A DNA stretch of 64,000 bases. It comes from Chrysomallon squamiferum (taxonomy: Eukaryota > Animalia > Mollusca). Below are positions 39,101 to 50,900 of this stretch, in pieces. The stretch lies in NCBI GenBank assembly GCA_012295275.1, contig CM022665.1:31434001-31498000 (forward strand), in the 5' to 3' direction. The notes under the pieces were generated by a model. It worked only from the letters and a program-made list of their open reading frames with translations. It did not search any database and was not told the DNA's origin. Both the position numbers and the translations under genes were made by a program. The stretch's first letter is position 1; every line of letters begins with the position of its first letter.

Positions 39101-41864
39101 TTGTTGTTTTTTTGGAAAACATTCAAACAGAAAGTATGAGAGAGAAATAATAAATGTAAAGAAAGCATAATGTTTCTTAAAATATATGCACAGATTTGGT
39201 TTTAGTAAGCTAATTAATATAAAATTTGAAACAACAAGTAGAGTCAATGAAAATTTGATATACACCAGTGTCATATATTACTTATATTACACAGTATAAT
39301 ATCCTGGCTTTGGTATACAGTGTCTTGTATTACTTATATCACACAGTATAATATCCCAGCTTTGGTATACAGTGTCTTGTATTACTTATATCATACAGTA
39401 TAATATCATGACTTTGGTATATAACACAGTGTCTTGTATTACTTATATCATACAGTATAATATCATGACTTTGGTATATACCACAGTGTCATATATTACT
39501 TATATCACACAATATAATATCATGACTTTGGTATATACCACAGAGTCATATATTACCTATATCACACGGTATAATATCATGACTTTGGTATATACACCAG
39601 TGTCATATATTACTTATATTATAGTGTACAGTATCTTGGCTTTGGCTTCCAGGCACCAGTTATTAACCTGTCATGCCAACCTGACAGAATTGTCTCTCAT
39701 CAAGCCTGTACAGTGACAACACAGACAGTGATAGGAGAAACAACTGCACATTAATCTAGGTCGCAGTTTGATATTTAGATGCAGTGACTGAACTTTGACC
39801 CTTAGCATCTACATAACTATTAAATGGCACATTTCCTGTGAGAAAAATGCTATGAATTGAAACATTTCACAGTTTAATGTAAATCGTTTGTTGTTTTTTA
39901 AGATGGATTTGTTTTGAATAATTTATTTCTAAAGTTCATATCAAAGACATACTACTATATACTAATGGATAACATAAGAATAATGTCAAGTCAATATATA
40001 CATAGAAATCGCTGTACTATACACACAGACACAAATACAGTAATTTGCACACATACACACCACACATACATACACATACATGTCCATTACACTAACTTTC
40101 AGCAAGAGAAATATACATACACAATTTTACACACACATTTACATATACACATACATATAATTAACATAAAATTTCTATAAAAATATTTAAAAATAATTTA
40201 TTTTCTGTGGTATAAGCTCGATGTTTCAAAGAAATATTTAACATGAATGTGACATTTCTTAATAGAAAACATGAAAACTTGGTGTTCCTAGCAAGATGTC
40301 TTTTTCTACAAATACAGATATATTTAAAAACGTTAAAAATATGATAAGCAAATGCTGTTTTCTTCACAGTTTACCAGAATTTCAAGAATGATGAAACCAG
40401 GAATCTGTAGCACCTTAAAACACCCAAGTCCCAATGAAGTGTATCTTGTTCTCAAATTAACCAAAGAAACATGATATAAAAGGAGTTTTGGTCAACAAAT
40501 AAACAGACATAAAAACCTCTGCCAAAAAGTTCATTTGTGTGTGGTCGAGGTTATAAAAGCACTCAACAAATTTACCAATTACTTGCAGCAGTGCATTTAG
40601 TAGAAGACGAAAAACCTTGGCAACTAAGTGGGTGAAAAACAAAATTGTCAAAACTCCACCCAGTTAATCTAAATAGTAATCCAATGTCTTGGTTCATTTC
40701 ATGTCTCTGATGTTTTTAAATTGTCATAGCTCTGAAAAATGGACATCTAATTATCTAATACCTTATAAAAATAAAAATGGATACAAAATAATAACTGATT
40801 AACTATTTTAAGTGTATTAACATATTCTGGGATTGTTGGGGGTTTGTTTTTTTGTTGCTTTATTTATTTATTTATTTATTTATTTATTATTATTATTATT
40901 TTATTTTTTTTCTTCTGGATAAGGAAAAAAATTATTTAAATGTTTTTAGTAATTTTATTATTTTATTATTTTCTTTGGTAAACTGTTATTGGCTGTGGAC
41001 TTTTGTCTTTATTATTATTTTTTTTTTTAACTTAAAGATACAAATGCAAATTGGAACTGTTATAAAATCTGCAACAATCTATGTATTATTCAATCCCTTT
41101 ATGAATAAAAAACAAACAAAATCAAAAAGAAATCCCCAACAGCAGCAACTGGATGAGCTGGAGAAATGGCTGTCTCAGATGGAAAAATGCACTGCCAACC
41201 AGGAACCCATTGGCTCAGATCTTGAGACAATAAAACAACAGACTGAAGACCACAAGGTATATTATCACGTTTTTAGAAAGAACATATAGTGATGTAAAAA
41301 CTTCAATGAAAATATCCAAGAAACAAAACATAAGTAAATGATTAAATGTGTTTTAACATCAACATATGTAGAAGCAGACACACACACACACACTGACTTA
41401 TATAACCAAATATATTTCTGATACACAAATAAACAGACATGCTTTTTGTGTGTGTGTGTGTGTGTGTGTGCGTGTGTGTGTGCATGTGCGTGTATGCATG
41501 CACAGAGATATGCAAACAAAAAAACAGATATTCATTTTCCACAGTAAAATAAAAATAACTGTTGAATTAGTGACCATAGGTTAAGAAATAAACAACAGAT
41601 GCAAGCTGCATGGTCAACTGCCAAACAGTTGTGCATGTATTCTAAACTGATGATGTGTTTCAGTCAGCTGTCTATGATTATCTGGTAATTACACACAACT
41701 GTATGCCAATATCTCAAACCATTTCTTAGTGATAAAGAAGGCGGTGTGTTTGTATATAAATTAGAAAAGATGGTAAACAGTCATAAAACTGGATAATGAT
41801 GTTAATGAGAAAGGGCACTAAATGACAATACTTGAAGTATAAAACTATACATTATTATATTCTG

Positions 41865-41900
<36 letters not shown>

Positions 41901-44900
41901 CAGTCACTGTTTAGAAGAAAGCACAAGGGATGGAGAGAAACAGAAAAAATAAAGGTGAAAGAAAGAGATGCAGATAAAAGTGAAAGAGGGAAATAAATTG
42001 ACAAATAGAACAAGAAACAGAGACAAACTAGGAGGACAGACAAAAAATGAGAAAGAAAGGAAAAGATAACTGGAAAAAAAAAGAATGTGTGAAACAGAAA
42101 AAGTGTGAAGAGAAATAATGAACAAGACAGAAAAATAAATAAAATAGCTGTGTAAAACTAAAAGACAATAAACTTGTTTAAAATAGAAAGAAAAAAATGG
42201 AAAGCAAGTAAAGAAAGTATGGATCTGATTCATGTTATTAAAATTACTTAACTTTTTACAGTAGATTCTGAATGACAAAATATATTATAGAAGTTGTATT
42301 TTTAATGTTTTTTTCTACAACATGCACTCTGCTTTAAGCTTTACTGTCAAAAAGAATTTTGTTCAACATGAACAGATATAATGGAATGTTTTTGTCAATA
42401 TTGTATTACATGCACTGCACTTGCATGTTTTACACTAAGCATTATTCTAATGTTGTTTTTATTTTATTTTAAGAGCAAGAGAGAAAATTAACACTTTTTT
42501 CTTCTTTTGGTAAAAAAAAGAAGATAAAAGGAATAATTAAGAAAAATAAATGAGAAAACAAATAAATAGATAATTTAAAAATCTAGTTAATAAACAAAAA
42601 GCAGATTTTTCCAATTAAATAAAATAAAAAAAATAAATTAAGCCAAAAAAAAAAAAAAAAAAAAAAAAATCTAGTTATGTAGGGCATGTATGTTGTAACA
42701 ACAATATTGCACCAGCAAAGATAAATATCACGTAATAAGGTGCACTGACTCATTGTTTTCAAATAACACAAAGACGTCATATGTGTGAAGAAAGAACAGC
42801 AGAAACCAATTACAGTTGGACAGCCATCTCATCAATGAAGATGGCTGTATAGTGTTTGTTTTCTCTACCACCAGTACATACTGCTATATTCATCTGGGAA
42901 GGCTGTAAAAAGACCCAACATTCTCCACAGTGATAACTTCTATATTTACCTCAAGAAATCTCACCCATCAGCAGAACTATCTAAACCAAACAGCAGTTAG
43001 TGTTTACTACCAACAAATGTTGTGCTTTGTTAATTCTTCTTTCTGATTTGCTAAACATATTGACATTTCTGGTACATGTATATGTATTATTAGAACAGAA
43101 AAAAAAAAAATAAAATAAAATAAATAAATAAATAAATAGAAACCAACCAAAAAAAAATAAAATAATAATAATAATTCAACAAAAAAATACCAACAACAGA
43201 AAACAACACTACTAAGATTTCCATTTTCTATTATTGTTACATATCCCCAGAATTTTAAATTAAGTTTTTATAACTGATGCATGATACTTCAAATTCAAAA
43301 TGGAGTTACTGTTCTGAATGCCCCCCCCCAAAAAAAAAGAGAGAAAAAAGGTCCATTTAAAAACAAAATTAAAGATAATATAATGAAATTTATAAGTAAA
43401 TGAAAATATTCTGTCCATGTTGAACTCAAGATAACACTATGATGACTTGTCTGTGCCAGTTTTCAAGCTGAATTGATGTGTAGTGTCCTAGTACAACATG
43501 TGACTGTTTAATGCATTTGTCTAGACGCCAACCTTTGATAATTATAATAAAATATGTCAATGAAAAACCAAGCCCAAGGAGATGCATTTAAGCTGTCTTT
43601 TTTCTTTTTTCAAGATGACATATCAAAATGATTAAAAAAACAAACAAAAAAAACACAACTTAAAAACTGATAGATACAGGAAGTTATTTACTTGTTGATT
43701 TAACTTTATGAAAACATCTCCATAATATTGTTTCATGCCACGTTAATACTTTATTATTAGAAAAGGCTGGTAAGTAGAGGTTGTAAATTATCATTTGGAA
43801 AATGTATTTAAAAGTATTTATACCACCATAGATACATGCACACAAAAGGGATTTGCTGTTTCTAGTCATGCCTGGATAATATTATATCCAATTACAGACT
43901 GGAAAGAATAATAATAATAGTGATAATAACAATAATAATAAATGCATGATAATATTATATATATCCAATTACAGATGCTAATATTTAAAAGAATAAATAA
44001 TAATAACAACAACTACAATGACAATAATAGAACTGCAATGGTATAATAACAAGGACAGCAACAACAATATTAATAAAAACCTATAAAAATTAGAACCACT
44101 TAGACCAAACAATGATAAATGACAAAATGCATTCAATGATTAAGTAAAATTTAAAGTCAGTAATGAACTCACTTGCTTTGTCTTGACAATGCTTTGAGTC
44201 TCAGATCCTCCCATCTATTATTAAGAAGACCCATCTGCATTCTGATTTCATGTTCCTCCTCATCATTAACTTTACCATCAGCTATCAAATCATTGCCCTC
44301 CTTCAGGACATTCCCAATACTGTCCTGATGTTTGGTTAACTCCAGCATAAATTCCTGAGAATCAAAACATTAATCTGCTGTGGGTTTGTTTTTCTATTTT
44401 CAGATTTAGATTTTGAGGCTGAGAAACAATTAAATTTAGTGTTTGATAAAGTCAGGTACTGCTGAATTTTAATCACTCTGTGAGCACAGGTGTGTTGAAA
44501 GACAGGTACGGAAGACAGAAAAACTGACTTAACAAGGTGATGGAGAGGGTGGGCCAGAGACAGAGGGACCGACTGAGAGAAAAGAGGAGAGAGAAGATGA
44601 ATGATTTCAATAAAAAAACATTGGGATAACTTTATAGAATAATGCAGAAATGCAACAGGTATTTTTCAATAGGTCAGCAGTCAGTATTATTAACTAATTT
44701 GGTTAAACCAGATTTTTAGGTTGACTAGTTTTATTTGATACAGCTGAAGAAAAGACATGACATTTATTTTGATTTAAAAGTAAAAGAAAAGAAAACAACT
44801 TGATATTAAGATAAACAGCTAGAGAATGAAAGAAGGGATGACATTAAAACAGAAATACAGACAGCTAAAGGGATTTAGAGGGAGAGATAAAGTAATCCAA

Positions 44901-47900
44901 AAAGATAAAGATACAGACATAGAGAGACATTAAACTAAAATGATGAATAACTTTACAACTTATAATAACTCTCAGATAATAAAAAATACAAATAGGCCTA
45001 TCAACTCTTCACCCTTCAGATATAATTATACCTCATGCTCATTGAACTGTTTCTTCACTGTGTGCACATCACTGCCTATAGGAACCTGTTTCTCTATGAC
45101 CTCCTCAGCTTCCAGCAACCAAGTCAGGACATTCTCCAGAGCATTTTGGTACGAAGAGATGTCTCCAGACATGTTACTCATAGTGCTGTGTCGACTCTCA
45201 GAGCTACTCATGCTCAGGGACATAGCAACCTGAAGGAAAATGAGAAACATGTTAAAATATAGCTCAATTTAAAACCAAATCAAAGAATAAAAATAGAAAA
45301 TTAAATTAAAAACAGATTTTTAAAAATATAATTCTGAAAATAAAACAGTTTAAAAAAAATATCAAACATACAAACAGACTTGAACATTTTTATAAAAAAC
45401 AATTAAATGAAAAGCAAAATGAAGAATTAGTGTGGGATAAAAATATCAAAAACGATAAGTTCAAAAATGAAGTAAAACAAAAACAAAATATTAAAATACA
45501 AATGAATCTGAAAATGATAAAAGTGAAAAGAGGGGGAAAAAAACATTAATGATTATTATGAGATAGTGAGTGAAAAGCAAAAACAAAATAATGTAATAAA
45601 ATATAATTATAAAATGTAGCTGAAAAGTTAAGAAATAAAGATAAAAAAATATTTCAACATAATACAAAAAAATTCACTTTTGAAATAACAATAACATACT
45701 GGATTTATAAACATATAAACCTTTTTATAAATCTAACAACATAAACTTCATTGAACTTAAAATAAATATGGCCAATCATTCAATTAGAAAGAATAGATTT
45801 ACATACAACAGATATTTTAATAATTTTATTGTATAAAAATAAACAATATTCTGGATAAAAAAATAAATAAATCTATTTATGAATCAATCAACATAAAATT
45901 CAATGAACTTGGAACACACATGGCCAATCAATCACTCAAGATGAAAACATCCAAGTATGTGAAAGAAAAGAAAAAAGTATCTCTAGAGAGTGAAATTATA
46001 GCTGATACTATAGGGGAATGTATTTAAAAAACAACAACATTAGAAGAAAGAGGTCAGTTTATTTATGTGAATGTAAACAAAATTCACAGCCTGTGTTCTT
46101 GATGTAGTGGGGAAAACTGAAGATGGAAGATTACAAAAATAGATTTATATAAATAGCAAGAAAAGAAAACATGTAAAAATATATGTATGGATGGATGGAT
46201 ACATTAATGCATGTTTGTCTATCTTATCAAATTTTCTTGCAGTGACAGTATGATCACAGAAGGTCACTGCTGCAATGTGACAGATCACCTTTCCAATTAA
46301 TAGCAAGAGCTTTTTATAAATGTATATTCTTTCTGTAGCAGGAATGTACATCCATGGTATCTAATAAACCAACTACAGGAAACTTGGACAAAGGATGAAA
46401 CATTCCTGCAGTTTTCTCAGGTGAGCACTGTAATACTTAGTTACAACTTACACCTATTCACAGAAGATAATTAAAAACTACTTGAGATTGTGGTACAAGA
46501 TGGGTAATCTAAAACAGAAACCAGAACAGCTTGATACATTTTCCTAGTTCTTTTTCACACTGTTCTAAATATCTTCTAAGATAAGCACATTTACCCTTCA
46601 GTACCAAATAGCTATCTATTTTCAAACAGAACATCAACTTTTACACTCTTGAAACAATGGTTGCAAAAAAAAATGTATATTATGGATTAATTATATCCAA
46701 TGGCAATTTGTTTAATAACCATAAATATATGTCATGATGATGATACTCAGAAACTTTCAGATGATATTGCACTGATGATAAACAAAAGGATCACATTATC
46801 ATAATAAGTTAAATTTATTAATTTAAAAACATAAAAGAAATCATTTGTTAGTTTTAAGCAGCTTGTAAAATAGAAGAAATTAAAACAAATTTATCAAAAT
46901 AACAATGAAATATACTTTATCATATTAACATGAAAATTCCAGAAATAATTTCAAAATAAGAGTAAAATTTTTAATTTCAAAATGTAACAGAAAGAAAAGA
47001 AAGGACATACTAGACAGACATACTAATGTGTAAATATGTTTATAAATGCAACCATTCACATTCTAATCTAAGCAGTTTCATTCTGGCTTCAACACTGGTG
47101 TTCTTGTTGTCGAAAGCAGATTCCATCAAGTGCCGTAGAGTTCAGAATAAGCTGTAATGTATGTGATGACAACAGTTAGGATCATTCAGTATTAGTATTT
47201 TGGCAGCAGGTTGTTTCTGCTGCATTAAAATGTATCCTAAGTTTGCCAGAACTTGGACAAGTATCTGCACATTCCCCTCAGATATCAATCATCTTTTTCA
47301 TGCTTGCTTATTGTAGCAGTTAACCAGGTATGTCTGATACCTTGGATGCAAGTGTACGTGTCAACAGTAGATACTATTTCAAACACAGTTGTGCCTTAAG
47401 ATACCTGGCATGTTCTTTTCTCACAGCTAATGCATGCACAATGGCTTTGATACCCTTTGGCAGACAGTTATCTTAAGTTGTATCATAATCTTTGTACACA
47501 TGCACAAGGGTATAATGTTATCTTTTGATGACATCTTTAGCAACTGAACAAGACACACATAACTAAAATTACTTAAATTTAATGTGAGCCTATCATTCAG
47601 GAATTTGTTTTGCAATGTACAACAGCTACTGTTGAAGTAAGTTAATATAATTTCACCAAAAAAAAAAAATCCACCTGGGATGACCTTTCGTGACCTGACA
47701 CTTCAAGCACTGGTTAGTGATACACGTTTATTTTACATGTATGTGAAATGTATAACATTTAAATATAACATTTTTAAAAATATAAATTAAATTCAGAGAG
47801 AAAAATACTATATTAAAATTAAATAAAGTATATTTCACTCTGCATTTAAATAAAGTTTTTAATGACTGGTTCAAATCCAGGCTTATAATACAAATGATCT

Positions 47901-50900
47901 GTTTATACTATTAGCAATGACAAAAAACATTTTATATTTTCTACACTGAGACAAAAATAAAACCAAGAATAAAAACCAAACGGTTACTGTTTCAGACAGA
48001 ATCAAATTCCTTCAATCATAAAATAAAGTTTTTAATGACTATTGCCTTGGAATTAAACTGACTGGTATGTGCATAGGTTGCATTCAGATCCCAAAGCAAG
48101 GTTATGAGGTGTATGGTTACCATACCTGTCTTTCTTCTTTCACTGATACCACACTATTCTTGACCAGACAAATTATTCTCTAGGGGATTTATACAGACAG
48201 TGGATCTCTGAAACATCTATCAGTGTTCTGTGATCTATTTACCATTCTGAAGCAATGAAAACAGCCCAAAGAAGGAGAAAAGTGAAAACAGCATAGAACC
48301 ACAGCTTTAATGTTTTATTATTTTTCAAAAAAGAACTTTGAAAAATAAACAAATAACAAAATAATAATAAAAATGATAATAAATCAAATGAACAATATTC
48401 CATTGTATAGAAAATGACTTAGCAAAACTGTCTAATAACAACAAAATTGCAATGACCAAAGAAGCAAAAAAAAAAAAAAACCATGCCAAAATAAACTATA
48501 CTGTGCTGGGCACCCTTATAAGAAACTGTTTTATCATGAGACAATCACAGAAGCAATCACATTCTCCAATGCTCCAGTGAGTATGAAGAACGTTGTGTCA
48601 CAATAAGCTTGCTAATAAGGAACCATTGCCTCAGTGGACAACATAAATGTCTGTGTGTCTGTGTGTCATGAACCGTGTGAAAGTTTGATCTGATATTGTA
48701 TCAAAAGGATTAGAAGAATGCTTCTGGTCTAATGAAGCAGCTATAATGTGAAATGTACCTCAAGGAGGCCAGTAAATAAACACATACTAAAACCTTTATG
48801 TTTTTTATTTTTGGGAAGAGAGTGTCTTTTCTTTCTGTTCTTTTTTAATATATTTTATTTAACAAAACAAGCTCTGAACCTAAGGTATGTTTTAAAATGC
48901 AGTTTCTCATATTTTATTATGATAAATGGTATCATCTTACAACTGAGATAAAAATAAAAAAAACATGTTTTTTTTTAAATTATATTGTAAATCCTATACA
49001 ATATTCACTAATTTATAACATAATAATCACTGAATATTGAAAACATAATGTATATATAGGCTATATATATATATATTTATTATAAATACAGGTATAAACA
49101 ATCATATATTGATAATGCAAAATATCTGATGTTAAACAGATGAATCTGTAGCTTTGAAAAACAATTACATTATAAATATGGACTTAAAAAAAATTATTCT
49201 TGTACAACAGTATTTTTTTCCCAGTTCTTTTTCTCAAAAGAATGTAGATAAAACAGTGAAAACTGTCTGCAGTTGTTTGTTCTAAATGTGCAAAGTTCAT
49301 CTTATGGTTAAACAGTCTATATTGAATATTACTACATATAACCTTAGAGCACCTCAAATGAATAAATGCATCTACAGAAAGTAACTGTAATATATATATA
49401 TTTTTAAAAGATGATGATGAAGAAAAAGATGCAGAAGAAGAAGAAAAACAACAGTTTTACTTACATTCAGTAAATAACATGTAATGTACCAAAAGCCTGA
49501 AACACTCTGATTTCCAAACACTACAACAATGTAGCTTTCTGGGGCTGAAATATGCCATCTTTTTCAAATTATTGTTACAGTAATCTCTCCAATTTGCCAT
49601 CGCTTTCAAATTGAAGACAGAATAATCTCCCCTTCCTCTAAGTGAGAATGAGAGAATTGATGGGTTCATGAGACTAAGAATAGGCAAACACTACATTCAC
49701 TGAGAGCAGATCTTGCAAACAGGGAAGAAAATTTGGAAATGAATTAAAGATTTGAGAACTTACAGCCAACTGAGAGTAATCATTTTTACAGTCTTTGATC
49801 TTTAAATATACTAATATTTAAAGATATTTTTAAAACTAGCTCTACATGGTGAAAACATAAGAGTAAGCCTTTTTCATATCATTATTAAGCAAGTTTCACC
49901 ACTTCTGAATTTATATTCACCTACATATCTGTCTCTTTTTCTCACTCACTCTCTCTCTTTTCTCTCTTTCTTAAACACACACACAAAAATAAATACATAC
50001 AGACTTAAATACACATCAAAAAACAAAATAACACAGTTTTTCTAATCTTTTTTTTCAAAAAAATTCTTAAAATAACAACTTCATACAGCAGTTATGACTT
50101 AGGAAGCAAATGTTAAAAAATACCTGAAATTAAGCAGGTTTTTATATATTAAAATGTATGTCCCAAAAATTGAATTACCCATCTTATTAAGAAATTATTG
50201 TGACATATATTTTAAACTCTTTCAAAATATCTTTTAATAACTTGTAAATGACTTAATACAATTTACCCTGCCTTTTCAACCTACCAAATTTCAAAAGAAA
50301 TAGTTATCACAAAACTTTGATAAAAATATGTATGAAAAAAAAAATGTATCCTATCACAATAAGATAATAATTGTTATTAACATAAACAATGGGTTGTTTT
50401 CTCGTTTTTTTTTTTTTTTTAAATCAGTACTCACTGAATCAACAATGATCATACAACAATCCACTAAATCTGTGCATAAAGCAAATACTTCAAAACAGAA
50501 ACAAACACATTGATTTAACAAAGTCATTCACTGTGACACAGACTTGCTCAATCAGTAACGATATATTTACAAATATATGAAATATTATTGCCAAAACTGC
50601 CTCCAGATTCTATTGATTGACAGTAGTGATTATATACTAAGAGAGATTCCATAAAATGTTGGTAAAACGTCTACAGTAGGCTTGATACAGAAGACAACCT
50701 AGGGGTCAAGATTGAAGAGAGAAAAAAGCATTTCTGAAATCTATTCACAGATACAGCTTAAATGTAAATAGGAGCAATGACAATAGTTTGTTGTAGACAT
50801 TCCTTCATTTATCTTAATGATCCTAAGCCACAAACAAACCACATTTGTCTTTTCTCACAATTTACTACTGATACAAATACAGGTATTTTTTCTTATTTTT

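Noticed and set aside
39372-39716. ORF with 19-aa repeats; also considered as a CRISPR-like array
   Set aside because: It is the translation of the 57-bp minisatellite. Units are contiguous with no unique spacers, and the context is a eukaryotic intron.
40852-41289. 145-aa + strand ORF ending in a spectrin-like peptide
   Set aside because: The N-terminal two thirds are translated T-rich low-complexity DNA. The spectrin part is just the inverted exon copy, not a separate gene.
13639-45262. Plus-strand ORFs overlapping dystrophin exons (13639, 18971, 22756, 27059, 34514, 36993, 37718, 44940, 45035)
   Set aside because: Antisense shadow ORFs of real minus-strand coding exons.
49457-49687. 76-aa minus-strand ORF ending at a GTAAGT donor (49465)
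   Set aside because: The ATG frame exits in phase 1, incompatible with the phase-0 exon at 45229; no dystrophin similarity.
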